This document shows positions 35,942 through 47,900 of a stretch of DNA of 64,000 bases, in pieces. The translations under genes were made by a program, and so were the position numbers. The notes beneath the pieces were generated by a model. That model searched no databases and was not told the origin of the DNA. It saw nothing but the letters and a program-made list of their open reading frames with translations. The first letter of the stretch is position 1. Every line of letters begins with the position of its first letter. Source of the DNA: Bryobacterales bacterium (GTDB lineage Bacteria; Acidobacteriota; Terriglobia; Bryobacterales; UBA6623); the NCBI GenBank assembly GCA_963422375.2, contig OY729428.2, positions 288,001 through 352,000 of the forward strand, read 5' to 3'.

Positions 35942-37104
35942 TAGTGCTTGTGACAAAACCCCTGAATTCTGGCCCGATCAGCATTTCATACTACATCCTG
36001 AGGTCAGTTGAAGCTCCAAGCACAATATATAACCTGATTACCCACAAGACTCAGCCAAGGTTAGGAGACGGTAAGCGCCAGGGACTGCTTGACGTGCGCC
36101 AGCATCGTGTTGACCCGGACGAAGCGGGAATCCGCGCAGCTCCGCTGCCCGCCTCCGGTGACGGTCGGCACGTGCTCGCAGCCGGCGTCGGCCACGCCCC
36201 GGAAGCAGGCCGGGCCGTCGGAATGCACCTCCGTGCCGGGCTGCAAGTGCCGCCCGGCCCACGCTGCCAGCGTCTTCTTGCGCAAGCCCGCCACGCCGCT
36301 CATGCGCATCCTTGCCGGCTGGCCGGCGGCGCTGACCTGCACGGCGGCCACGAACGGCGTCTTGCCCGCCGCGCCGCGACCGCGCGTGCCGCCGGTCCGC
36401 TCCCCGCCCCAGTAGGCCCCAGTAGGCGTCGTCCACTTGCACGATGCCGCCCGGCGGCACGCGCTCGTCGCGCTCCTTCATCACTTGCAGGAGCTTGTGC
36501 TTCACCTTCCAAGCCGTGTTCCGGCTCACGCCCGGCTGCCGCGCCAGTTCCAGCGACGAAACGCCGTGCTGGCCCTGCGTCAGCAGGTGGAGCGCCAGGA
36601 ACCGGACGGTCAGCGGCAGCTGGGTGGCGGCGAAGATCGTGCCGGCGACGAGGGAGGTCCGGCGGTGGCAGGCATGGCACTGCCAGAGCTTGCGGGAGCG
36701 GATGCGGCAGTGCCGCCGGGAGCCGCACTCCGGGCAGCGGAAGCCGTCCGGCCAGCGGGCCTTGAAGACGGCCTGCTCGCATGGCCCCTCGCTGCAGGAA
36801 CTTGCCCGGACTGAGTCCCTTCTGGAATTGCACGCGATTGCGTTTCGTCTGCTATCCCCTTTCCTATCAGAGATTTCCGACCTCCTTCAGTATAGCATAT
36901 CCTCGGCTGACGTTCGTTGGTAATCAGGATATATAATGCCCAAGGTCGGAAGTTGCTCAGCCGCCAATCGCGAAGATTTCCGACCTCTACCCAGAATCGC
37001 CAGGATTTCGGACTAGTCGTAGCATTCCAGCGAAATCTTTGCCTTGAGAGATTGGACCTAACGCCTTTTTTGTCAAGGGGATACGAGTTTTGTCACGGGC
37101 ACTA
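35942..37104. mobile_element. Non-coding MITE (about 259 bp without its nested IS), IS630-like
   Basis: IRs TAGTGCTTGTGACAAAAC / GTTTTGTCACGGGCACTA; inserted in TATATA with apparent TA duplication. Confidence 0.7.
36033..36928 (-). mobile_element. IS1595 lineage B copy 2 (deleted/frameshifted, 896 bp)
   Basis: Same IRs as 30152-31001; TSD ATATATAA at 36025-36032 and 36929-36936. Confidence 0.92.
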
Positions 37105-37114
37105 TATAATTCCC

Positions 37115-37442
37115 TTGCGATAGCTTCGCGCTGTGCGAAGAATAGCCGCCGGTCCGGTCCCTGTCCGGCAGGACGCGCCCAGTATTCGAGCAGGCGACCA
37201 GTCAGCGGACTCGCGTCACGCCAGTGGTCGCCCCGCCACTCCGCCACCTGATGACGAAGCTTGCTGACGATCTCGGTGTCCTCGATAAAGAGGTCCTTCT
37301 GCGTCGGCTCCGGGGCACGGCCAAGTGGCATGCGCGACCGCACCGGTCGCCGTTCGGGGGTGATCGTGTTGTGAGTGCGGTCGTCAACGGTCGTCCAGTG
37401 CCGTTCGGGAGGCTCGTAGGGGGTGTTGAGCGTCGGCTGGCA
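37115..37442 (-). pseudogene. N-terminal fragment of a type III restriction (Res) helicase-like gene
   Basis: PTLNTPYEPPERHW...LRHQVAEWR...LLEYW...RRLFFAQREAI, cut at the IS1595 end; no start codon. Confidence 0.7.
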
Positions 37443-37843
37443 CTATACACACTCGCTGCGGTCGCAGGCAGTGTCATGCGGCTCAATCGTTGTGGTCAAA
37501 CGTCTTACTTCCGGCGTCCGTAGTGGACCTGCCGACAAGCTGCTATCTTACAGGCCGCTTGGCCGCCCCCCGGCACCGAGCCGCCAAGTCACCGGATATC
37601 GGACGCCACCCGAACCACCTCTCCGCGCGCCTCGCAGCGACGCTTCAGCGGACGCCCCGGGCGATGAAGAGGGTCGTCGAGGAGCGATGGGCCAGCCGCG
37701 CAAGGCCGTCCGAGACCTGCGGACCTACTCGATCTCGCGCACCGAGCCGCAGCCGTGCGCCGCTTCGCCTCGGGTTGAGGAGGACGCGCCTGGGCGGCGA
37801 AACCCGGTCCGCCGGGAATTTCCGCGGGAAGTAGAATGAGAAG

Positions 37844-39163
37844 TTGGCGGGTCCCCTCCGCGTCGGAATCGTCGGTCTTGGCAACGTGGGCGGGGGAGCG
37901 CTCCGCTTGCTGCAAGGCAACGCCGCTCAAATCGAGCGGAAGCTCGGATTCCCGCTCCAAGTATCGGCCCTGTGCTCCCGCAGGGTCCTCTCCGAGCCCC
38001 CCGAGGCGGCGAAACTGCATCCGGCGGCCTTCCGGACCGATTCGTGGAGAGAACTCGTCGCGCGTCCCGATGTGGACATCGTGGCCGAGCTGGTCGGCGG
38101 CACCGGCACCGCCCGGAAGATCATCGAAACCGCGCTGGCCGCAGGCAAGCCCGCGGTTACCGCCAACAAGGAATTGCTGGCCGAGCACGGCGCGGAGCTC
38201 TGGCGCATCGCGCAAGCAGGGCGAGCCACCCTCGGATTCGAAGCCGCGGTCGCCGGCGGCATTCCCGTGCTCAGGGCCCTGCGCGAGGGCATCGCCGGAG
38301 ACGGCATCGACGCCTTGGTGGGAATCCTCAACGGCACGTCCAATTACATCCTGACGGAGATCGAGCGGACTGGCAGGCCGCTGGGCGAGGTGCTGCTCGA
38401 GGCGCAGCGGCTCGGCTACGCCGAAGCCGATCCCAGCGCCGACGTCGATGGATTCGACGCCCGCTCGAAGCTCGCGATCCTGGCGGCCCTAGCCTTCGGC
38501 GTCAGGGTCGCGCCCGGCGAGATTCCGGTCGAGGGCATCCGCCGGATCCGCGCCATCGATTTCGCCTACGCCGACCGTCTCGGCCATACCATCCGGCTGC
38601 TCGCCACAGCCCGTCGCGAACGCGAAGGGCTGCGCCTGGCCGTACGCCCGGCCTTGGTCGAGAAGCGCACCATCCTCGCCGGCGTCTCGGGCTCGTACAA
38701 CGCCCTCTGGGTTCACGGGCGCGGGGGCGACACGTTCTATTACGGCAAGGGGGCCGGCCCGGCCCCGACCGGAGTCGCGGTCGTCAGCGATATCATCGCC
38801 GCCGCTCGCACGGTCCGGTCCGGCGCAGCCGCGGTCGCGCCGCCGTTCGCGTACATGACTCTCGACCCTCTCGCCCCGATCTACGGAGGAGCCGAGGTCC
38901 GCCAGTTCTACCTGCGGTTTCGCGTGCGCGACCGCCCGGGCATCCTCGCGAGCCTCGCGGAGAGCCTCTCCCGCCAGGGCGTCAGCATCGAGGCCGTCCT
39001 GCAGGAGCCCCATGTCGACAAGCGCGACCTGCCGTTCGTGATCACGATCGAGCCCGCGAGGCGCGAAGCGCTGGAGGCGGCACTCGAGACCATGCATGGA
39101 CTGGACTTCCTCGTGGATCAGCCGCTGGCCCTGCCCCTCGAGCGGCCACTCGCGGAGGCTTGA
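37844..39163 (+). CDS. hom: Homoserine dehydrogenase with ACT domain
   Basis: GLGNVG, VTANK, FEAAVAGGIP, GILNGTSNYIL, GYAEADP, DRPGILA. Confidence 0.95.
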   Translation: MAGPLRVGIVGLGNVGGGALRLLQGNAAQIERKLGFPLQVSALCSRRVLSEPPEAAKLHPAAFRTDSWRELVARPDVDIVAELVGGTGTARKIIETALAAGKPAVTANKELLAEHGAELWRIAQAGRATLGFEAAVAGGIPVLRALREGIAGDGIDALVGILNGTSNYILTEIERTGRPLGEVLLEAQRLGYAEADPSADVDGFDARSKLAILAALAFGVRVAPGEIPVEGIRRIRAIDFAYADRLGHTIRLLATARREREGLRLAVRPALVEKRTILAGVSGSYNALWVHGRGGDTFYYGKGAGPAPTGVAVVSDIIAAARTVRSGAAAVAPPFAYMTLDPLAPIYGGAEVRQFYLRFRVRDRPGILASLAESLSRQGVSIEAVLQEPHVDKRDLPFVITIEPARREALEAALETMHGLDFLVDQPLALPLERPLAEA

Positions 39164-39240
39164 GCCCGGGGCCGGTCCGCGGAGGCGCGATGTTGCACAC
39201 TGGGAATCTCGGTGCCGCGGCAGCGGGAGGAAGGAGACCG

Positions 39241-40074
39241 ATGCCAACCCATTCGCTCGGCAAGACGCTGCGCCTGCGGCGCATCCTGCGCGACGGTCGC
39301 GCGGTCGTGGTCGCGATGGACCACGGAAACGCCGCGGGGGCGGTTCGCGGTCTCGAGAGACCCGCCTCGCTCGTGAGGCAACTGGCACCAGCCGGGGCCG
39401 ACGCCATTCTCGTTACGCCTGGCATCCTCGCGCAGGTGTTCGAGCAAGTGGGCGACCTGGCGATCCTCCTGCGCATCGACGGCTGCGTCAGCCCGCTGGG
39501 CGCGGGCGCCATGCGCCTGTTTGTCGACGTACGGCAGGCCTTGGCACTGGGAGCCGACGCCGTGGTGATGAACGCCACCCTCGGCGCTGCGTTCGAGAGC
39601 GAGGAACTCCAGAAGGTCGGGCGGATCGCGAGCTCGGGCCGCGCCCTGGGCGTGCCCGTGGTCGCGGAAATCCTGAGCCAGCGGATGATGGCAAACCACA
39701 TGGACATGTCCGGCCGGGGCGAGGAGGTACTTCCGTCCGACATCGCGGCCGACGTCACGCTGGCTTGCAGGATCGGGGCCGAGCTGGGAGCGGACCTGAT
39801 CAAGACCCGCTACTCGGGCAGCGTCGAGGAGTTCCGGAGGTGCGTCGACGCCTGCGGCTGCCCGGTGCTGGTGGCGGGCGGGCCGCGCCGATCCGGCGGA
39901 CTGGGAGGCACCGTCGACACGGTGAGCGAGGTCATGGAAGCGGGCGCTTCCGGCGTGATCTTCGGCCGCCAGATCTGGCAGCACGAGGACCCGGTCGAAG
40001 CGGTCGGCGCCGTGGCGGCCCTCGTTCACGGAAAGCCCGGCGTGGCGGAGCCCTCGACTTCGGGCCCGGCCTGA
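39241..40074 (+). CDS. Class I aldolase, DhnA/LsrF family
   Basis: VAMDHG, ELGADLIKT (Schiff-base Lys), VAGG, FGRQIWQ. Confidence 0.88.
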   Translation: MPTHSLGKTLRLRRILRDGRAVVVAMDHGNAAGAVRGLERPASLVRQLAPAGADAILVTPGILAQVFEQVGDLAILLRIDGCVSPLGAGAMRLFVDVRQALALGADAVVMNATLGAAFESEELQKVGRIASSGRALGVPVVAEILSQRMMANHMDMSGRGEEVLPSDIAADVTLACRIGAELGADLIKTRYSGSVEEFRRCVDACGCPVLVAGGPRRSGGLGGTVDTVSEVMEAGASGVIFGRQIWQHEDPVEAVGAVAALVHGKPGVAEPSTSGPA

Positions 40075-40112
40075 CTGCCCCCGGCGGCCGCGGGCCGAGC
40101 GGATCTCGCACA

Positions 40113-42188
40113 GTGAGCCAAAGCTTGATCACCCGGCGCGAAGCGATCGCCCTGTCGTCCGCCGGGATCCTCCCGAGCGCCGCGGGCCAGTCGCGATTCG
40201 GGTCGATGCTGTGGAACTTCGTCCGCGAGTACCTGCGCGTGCTGGACGAGCGTCGCGCGTCCCGGCTGGCCGCGCTGAATTCCGAGGAGGACTTCCATGC
40301 GCTGCGCGACAGGGTGCGCGAGGCGCTGGCCCGCATGTGGGGCCCCTTCCCGGCGCCAACGCCGCTCAACCCGAGGCACGTCGGCTCGCTGGATCGCGGC
40401 AGTTTCCTCGTGGAGAGGATCGTCTTCGAGAGCCGCCCGTCCTTCCCCGTGACCGCGAACCTGTACCGCCCCAAGGCCCCCGCGGCGAAGCTGCCGGCGA
40501 TCGTCTTTCCGTGCGGCCACGGTGACGCGGGGAAATCCTCCGAGCCCTACCAGCGATTCGCCTCCCTGATGGCTCGCAACGGCTTCGCGGTCCTGACTTG
40601 GGATCCGGTGGGCCAAGGGGAGCGTCTCCAGTATTTCGACAGCGAGACCGGCACGTCGGACTTCCGTCCCGGGACGGGGGAGCACCGCGTCCTGGGCAAC
40701 CGCTGCTACCTCGTCGGCGACAACCTCATGCAGTACCGCGCATGGGACGCGACGAGGGCGCTCGACTACCTCGAGACGCGATCGGAAATCGATCCGGAAC
40801 GGGTCGGGATCGCCGGGCAGTCCGGCGGCGGCATGACCGCCTTGCAGTTCGCCTGTTTCGACGACCGCATTCGAGCCGCGTTCATCAGCTGCGCGGTGGC
40901 CAGCTTCCGAGCCAAGACGGAGGCGCTGCTGATCGCCGACCCGGAGCAGATTCTCTACGGCACCCTGCGCGACGGCATCGACCACCCCGAGCTTCTGGCC
41001 GCGTTCGCACCGAAGCCCCTCTGCATCGGGGCCGCCGTCCGCGACTACGTGCCGATCGAGGGAGCGCGTCGCACCCACGCGGAACTCGAGGCGGTCTACG
41101 CCAAGCTCGGCGCGCCCGGCGCTCTGCGCCTCGCCGAGACCGATTCGACGCACGGGTTCAACCGCGAGCTGCGGGAGGCGGCCGCATCGTTCTTCGCGGA
41201 CGCGCTGGCAGGGCGCGACATGGCTGTCAGCGAGGAGGACATCGACCTGCCTGCGCCCGACGCTTTGGTCTGCACCGACTCGGGCCAGGTCTCGGTCTCG
41301 CTTCCATCCAAGACCGTCGCGGATTTCCTAGCCGAGCGCACGGACTCGATCACGCCCGAGTTCGACATGCCCGCCAGCCCCAGCGAATTCGAGGTTTACC
41401 GCAGCCGCGTCGCGAGGGGCATCCGCGAGGTCACCCGGGTCGGCGCGTTCAAGTCCGAGCACGGCATCGAGGTCCCGACCCGCTTCCTCGACGCCGGCGT
41501 GTACGCCAAGGGAGCGGTGTTCCTCGTCGCCGACCAGGGCAAGGACCATCCCCTCGTCCAGCGCTACTGCATCGACGCCGTCCTCGCCGCCGACCACAGC
41601 CTGTACGGTCTCGACGTGCGCGGCTGGGGCGCAACCGAGCCCTCGCTGGAGGCTCTCGGCGCCGGCTTCGACTGGGACGACTTTCTCGCGTACCGCAGCC
41701 TGGAGCTCGGCCGCCCGCTGTTAGGCCAGCGGCTGAAGGACTTCCTAGCCACGGCCCCGACGATGACGAAGAGGCGCGAGTGGATCGCGGTCGGCATCGG
41801 GACGGGCGGCCTGGTGGCCGCCCACGCGGCCGTGCTGGACCCGCGCATCGAAGGCGTGGCGAGCATCCAGGCGCCGCTGTCCTACCGGGCCGTCCTGGAC
41901 GACCCGCACTCCACCCAGCCGGTGAGCTGCCTGCTGCCGGGCGTCCTCGGGAGGTACGACATCGGCGACGTCTACGCGGCGATCGCGCCGCGGCCCCTGC
42001 TGGTCGCCAATCCGGTGGACTCCCGGCGACGGCCCGTCCCCGCGGGCGAGGCCGAGAGCGAAATCGGCCGGGCGCTGGACATCTACGAGACGCTCGACGC
42101 GGGCGACGCCGTCCGCATCGAGACGCGGCTCGGCAGGACAGGAATCCGCGCGGCGATCGAGAGCTGGCTGCGGTCCGTGTCGGCGTGA
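40113..42188 (+). CDS. Tat-exported alpha/beta hydrolase (acetylxylan esterase-like, two domains)
   Basis: TRREAI Tat motif, FESRP, CGH, WDPVGQGER, nucleophile GQSGGG. Confidence 0.82.
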   Translation: MSQSLITRREAIALSSAGILPSAAGQSRFGSMLWNFVREYLRVLDERRASRLAALNSEEDFHALRDRVREALARMWGPFPAPTPLNPRHVGSLDRGSFLVERIVFESRPSFPVTANLYRPKAPAAKLPAIVFPCGHGDAGKSSEPYQRFASLMARNGFAVLTWDPVGQGERLQYFDSETGTSDFRPGTGEHRVLGNRCYLVGDNLMQYRAWDATRALDYLETRSEIDPERVGIAGQSGGGMTALQFACFDDRIRAAFISCAVASFRAKTEALLIADPEQILYGTLRDGIDHPELLAAFAPKPLCIGAAVRDYVPIEGARRTHAELEAVYAKLGAPGALRLAETDSTHGFNRELREAAASFFADALAGRDMAVSEEDIDLPAPDALVCTDSGQVSVSLPSKTVADFLAERTDSITPEFDMPASPSEFEVYRSRVARGIREVTRVGAFKSEHGIEVPTRFLDAGVYAKGAVFLVADQGKDHPLVQRYCIDAVLAADHSLYGLDVRGWGATEPSLEALGAGFDWDDFLAYRSLELGRPLLGQRLKDFLATAPTMTKRREWIAVGIGTGGLVAAHAAVLDPRIEGVASIQAPLSYRAVLDDPHSTQPVSCLLPGVLGRYDIGDVYAAIAPRPLLVANPVDSRRRPVPAGEAESEIGRALDIYETLDAGDAVRIETRLGRTGIRAAIESWLRSVSA

Positions 42189-42207
42189 GGCCGCGGCCCC
42201 GGCCGAG

Positions 42208-44001
42208 TCATTCCCACTCGATGGTCGACGGAGGCTTGCTGGAAACGTCGTAGAGCACGGACTCCACGCCGTCGATCGCGAGCAGCCGGTCCGCCAGCGC
42301 CTGCAAGCCCGCCGCGGGCAGCTCCGCCACGGCCGCCGTCATGCCGTCCACCGAGGTCACGGGGCGCAGCGCCACCGACTCCCCGCCGCTGCGGCCCCAC
42401 GGCAGTAGGACCACCGGGCACTGCCAGACCCGGTCGTAGAGGCCCTCGGCTCGCAGGAATTCCGTGACGGCGCGATCCACCTTCTGCAGCGTCCGGATCC
42501 GCCGGCTCGTCAGCGTCGCGCGGCGGAGCGTCCACTGCCCGGGATCCAAGTCGCGGGGCGCGAGGGCGGCCGCGATCCGGTTGGTGCGGCGGAACTCGTT
42601 CGTGATCGCGGTCGAGGCCGGCAGGAGGCGGGCGAAATCGAAGGCTCCTCCGTGGAGCACCGTCAGCCGGGAGTAGCTGCGGCTGTCCCCCTGGACGCCC
42701 ACGCTGCGCAGCGGCAAGAGGCACGCCGCATAACCCCAGCGCCGGGCGGCGGCGGAGATGCCCTCGTCCTCCGCCGGGCCTTGGGCCGAGGGCGCGCAGA
42801 TGCAGCGAATCGCCAGGCCGGGGCCGGGGAACGGATGCCGGTCAAGGAGCCTGGAGGGCAGCCCCAAGGCCCGGCCCAGGGCCCGTACCTCGTCCTTGTA
42901 GAATTCGCACAGCGGCTCCAGGACGCGGCCGGCGGCGATGAGTTCCCGGATGCGCGGCACCCGATTGTGGTGCGTCTTGATGGTGTCGGAGGACTTGGTC
43001 CCGCCCGACTCGATGGTGTCCGGGTAGATCGTTCCCTGCCCCAGCATCCAGCCCCGGCCCGCGTAGCGGTCGGTCCCGAGGATCTCGTCCTGCACGTCGA
43101 CGAAGGCGCGACCGATAATAGCCCGCTTGCGCTCGGGGTCGATCACGCCTTGCAGCCGGTCCATGAACATGGCGGACGCGTCGAACACGCGCAGCCGCCC
43201 CAGGCCGAGAGCGCGGAAGGCTGCCTCGATCTCGGCGGTCTCGCCGTCCCGCATGAAGCCCGTGTCGACATAGAGGGCCTCCACGCCCGCGGCGCCCAGG
43301 GCGCGCACGGCGAGCGCGTAAGCGACCGTGGAATCGACGCCGCCGCTCAGGAAGAACAGGACCCGCCTGCCGGCGGCCGCGTCCCGGATTCCGCGCTCGA
43401 GGGCGGCCACGCGGTCCTCCGGGAGCCAGTCCATGGAGCAGCCGCAGGCATTGCGCAGGAAGTTGGCCAGCATGGCCGAGCCTTCCGGCGTGTGGACGAC
43501 CTCCGGATGGAACTGCAGGCCGTAGGCACCCCGGCCGGAGTGCCCCATCGCGGCCACCGCGCATTCGCTGGTGTCCGCCAGCACGCGGAAGCCCTCCGGC
43601 AGTCCGGCCACGTGGTCGCCGTGGCTCATCCACACGCGGTGCTCCCGCGCCAAGCCGTCGAAGAGGCCCCCCGCGGAGCGGACGCGCAGGGTGGCGCTGC
43701 CGAATTCGTGCGTCTGGCCGCGCTCGACGCGCCCCCCGAGATGGCACGCGATCAGCTGGTGCCCGTAGCAGATGCCGAGCATCGGCTTGCCCAGCGCGAA
43801 CAGGCGCGGGTCCGGCTGCGGGCTGCTCGCGTCGAACACGCTGGCGGGCCCGCCCGACAGGACGATGCCCTTGTGGTCGCGAAAGCGGCTCGCGGGAGAG
43901 CTGACGGGGAAGATCTCCGCGTACGCACCGACTTCGCGGATCTTGCGGGCGATCAGGTGGCAGTACTGCCCACCGGAATCGAGAACTGCGATTCTCTCCA
44001 T
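42208..44001 (-). CDS. guaA: GMP synthase (glutamine-hydrolysing), long form
   Basis: GICYGHQ, QFHPEV, SGGVDS, IKTHHN, HPFPGPGL, KPPSTIEWE. Confidence 0.95.
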   Translation of the reverse strand: MERIAVLDSGGQYCHLIARKIREVGAYAEIFPVSSPASRFRDHKGIVLSGGPASVFDASSPQPDPRLFALGKPMLGICYGHQLIACHLGGRVERGQTHEFGSATLRVRSAGGLFDGLAREHRVWMSHGDHVAGLPEGFRVLADTSECAVAAMGHSGRGAYGLQFHPEVVHTPEGSAMLANFLRNACGCSMDWLPEDRVAALERGIRDAAAGRRVLFFLSGGVDSTVAYALAVRALGAAGVEALYVDTGFMRDGETAEIEAAFRALGLGRLRVFDASAMFMDRLQGVIDPERKRAIIGRAFVDVQDEILGTDRYAGRGWMLGQGTIYPDTIESGGTKSSDTIKTHHNRVPRIRELIAAGRVLEPLCEFYKDEVRALGRALGLPSRLLDRHPFPGPGLAIRCICAPSAQGPAEDEGISAAARRWGYAACLLPLRSVGVQGDSRSYSRLTVLHGGAFDFARLLPASTAITNEFRRTNRIAAALAPRDLDPGQWTLRRATLTSRRIRTLQKVDRAVTEFLRAEGLYDRVWQCPVVLLPWGRSGGESVALRPVTSVDGMTAAVAELPAAGLQALADRLLAIDGVESVLYDVSSKPPSTIEWE

Positions 44002-44066
44002 GCCACGCGGCTACGCGGGCCCAAACGGGTCAGCAACCACGTCCGGCACGACTCGTCTTATACGAT

Positions 44067-45653
44067 TCAGTCTAGGCGAGGGAGCCGGTCCGGCACAGCG
44101 GTCTCCGGCCGGGCGCGCGCCAAAGGCGCGGGCGGGCTGTAGCGCGAATTCGTCTCGTGCCGGATCGGGACGTTGTCCGTCACCCACCGGTCCAGTTGCC
44201 TCTGGAGCTCGCCGGCCCGGCCGGGCATGGCCGGCGCGAGATCCCGCCGCTCGCCGATGTCGGCCCCGAGGTCGTACAGCTCGAGGGACGGCGGGTCGTA
44301 GAATTCGAGCAGCTTGAATCCGCCGGACAGGATCGCCGCCCCCGGAGCCTTCGCCTGGGGGCTGTAGTGCGGGTAGTACCAGTACAGGTCGCGCGGCACC
44401 CACTCGCCGGTTTCGATCAGGGCCGCGAGGCTCCTGCCGTCCAGCGAGGGGAAGCGCCCTAGGTCCAGGCCGGCCGCCTCCGCGAGGAACGGATACAGGT
44501 CCGCGTTGGTCACCGCCCGCTCGATCACGCTGCCCGGCTTGCCGTGGCCCGGCCAGCGCACGATCAACGGCACGCGGATACCCCCTTCGTACAGGTGGCC
44601 CTTCCCTGCCCGCAGCGGCGCGTTGTCGGTGACCGTCGACAGGCCGCCGTTGTCGGACGCCACGACCACCACGGTGCGCTCCGCGAGGCCGAGGTCCGCC
44701 AGCGCGTCCAGGATCCTGCCGACGCTGGCGTCGACGGTCTCCACCATCGCGGCGTAGACCGCGTTGCGCCCGGGAAACCCGCGCTCGATCTTGGCCTCGT
44801 ACTTGCGCACCAAGGCCTCGGGCGCCTGCAGCGGCACGTGCACCGCGTAGTGCGACAGGTAAACGAAGAAGGGGCGGTCTCGGTTCGCCTCGATGAACGC
44901 GATCGCCTCGTCGGTCAGGCGGTCCGTCAGGTACTCCCCCGGGGCGCCGGCCGATAGGTCGAGATTCGGCATGTCCGGATTCCACGCCTGGCCCGGGTTG
45001 CGGTAGGGATAGAAGTAGCCCGCGGGGCTGCCGTGGGTGTGGCCGGCCACGTTCACGTCGAAGCCTTGGCTGGCGGGCCAGTAGGGCTCGTCCCCGAGAT
45101 GCCACTTGCCGATGCTGGCCGACACGTATCCGGCCTCCGACAGCGCCTCCGCAAGCGTCAGATGCTCGTGGCGGAGGTGCATGTAGTCCTCGGGAGGCAC
45201 GACGGCGCCGGTCTCCGGGTACCGGTGGCGTCCGATCGCGGTGATGTGGCCCGTGAAGCCGACCCGGCCGGGGTACTGGCCGGTCAGGAGCGCGGCGCGG
45301 CTGGGCGAGCAGACCGGGCAGTTCGCGTAGGCCTGCGCGAAGCGAGCCCCGGCCGAGGCGAGGGCGTCGATGCGAGGCGTCTCGTAGAACGCCGAGCCCT
45401 GGCAGCCCAGATCCATCCAGCCCAGGTCATCGACGAGGACGAGGACGACGCCGGGCGGAGCGGAAGGCCCCCCGGCCGCGCAGCCGACCGCGGCTAGGAC
45501 GGCCAGAAGCGCCCCGCAACCCACGGGAGCCGCGGGGGAGCGCTTGCAATGCGCGCGCCTCTTGGGCGATACTGGGTTGGAGGGGAGCTTTCCCCGAACC
45601 TTGATCCCGCAAGGAGCGGGCCAGCAATCCTGCTCGCGCGGCCGCCCTAGCAT
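44067..45653 (-). CDS. Sulfatase (Cys-type), probable lipoprotein; start likely downstream of 45653
   Basis: LVDDLG, CSPSRAALLTG, GKWHLG, SDNGG, YEGGIRVP. Confidence 0.9.
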   Translation of the reverse strand: MLGRPREQDCWPAPCGIKVRGKLPSNPVSPKRRAHCKRSPAAPVGCGALLAVLAAVGCAAGGPSAPPGVVLVLVDDLGWMDLGCQGSAFYETPRIDALASAGARFAQAYANCPVCSPSRAALLTGQYPGRVGFTGHITAIGRHRYPETGAVVPPEDYMHLRHEHLTLAEALSEAGYVSASIGKWHLGDEPYWPASQGFDVNVAGHTHGSPAGYFYPYRNPGQAWNPDMPNLDLSAGAPGEYLTDRLTDEAIAFIEANRDRPFFVYLSHYAVHVPLQAPEALVRKYEAKIERGFPGRNAVYAAMVETVDASVGRILDALADLGLAERTVVVVASDNGGLSTVTDNAPLRAGKGHLYEGGIRVPLIVRWPGHGKPGSVIERAVTNADLYPFLAEAAGLDLGRFPSLDGRSLAALIETGEWVPRDLYWYYPHYSPQAKAPGAAILSGGFKLLEFYDPPSLELYDLGADIGERRDLAPAMPGRAGELQRQLDRWVTDNVPIRHETNSRYSPPAPLARARPETAVPDRLPRLD

Positions 45654-45743
45654 TCGGGTCAGCGGATCTGATCACTGCCAATGCAGGCTAGCAGCTCGTC
45701 TGCGACCCGCAGCACCATCAGAAAACGGAGGAATCATACCACT

Positions 45744-46034
45744 ATGGCGATCCAGCCCCTAGGCAACCGCATCGTTGCCCAGCGCATCGAGGAAGAAGTG
45801 CAGTTCTCGGGCGCCATCATCATCCCGGACTCCGCGAAGGAGAAGGGCCAGTCCGCGAAGGTCGTCGCGGCCGGTCCGGGCACCAAGAAAGACGACGGTA
45901 GCGTCGTGCCGCTCGACGTGTCGGCCGGCGACACCGTGATGATCGGCAAGTACGCCGGGAACGAAATCAACGTCGACGGCACGGACTACGTGATCTTGAC
46001 CGAGGACGACATTCTCGGAGTGGTCGAGGACTAG
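45744..46034 (+). CDS. groES: Co-chaperonin GroES
   Basis: [31 protein letters not shown]. Confidence 0.95.
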   Translation: MAIQPLGNRIVAQRIEEEVQFSGAIIIPDSAKEKGQSAKVVAAGPGTKKDDGSVVPLDVSAGDTVMIGKYAGNEINVDGTDYVILTEDDILGVVED

Positions 46035-47714
<1,680 letters not shown>

Positions 47715-47900
47715 TCGTTTCCGCAGATCCTGCCGCGCGCCGGCGCGAACGCCGGCGCGCGGCCAAGGAGAACCGGTAAGGTCGCAGCCTCTCGGCCCCG
47801 CGGGCGGCAGGCCGAGCCTTTTCCCGCTCGACAGGGGGGCGCGCCAGCAACCGGAAGCGCGGTCCGCCGGCTGTCGAGTGCAGCCGGGATTCACGTCGCG

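Larger units (their letters stand above)
34442..37114 (+). mobile_element. IS1595 lineage A copy 2 (transposase pseudogene 34580-35568; right IR split by a nested element)
   Basis: Left IR identical to copy 1; right IR split as GGCACTCAGATATATA ... TATATAATTCCC; start ATG to ATA, frameshift near 35470; flanks not duplicated. Confidence 0.9.

Noticed and set aside
37972..42188. 700-aa and 1030-aa ORFs as large fusion proteins
   Set aside because: Their N-terminal extensions are out-of-frame overlaps with hom and the aldolase; real starts are at about 39241 and 40113.
45647..45700. CIRCE operator upstream of groES
   Set aside because: Only a partial half-site (CTAGCATTC); no matching right arm at 9-bp spacing.
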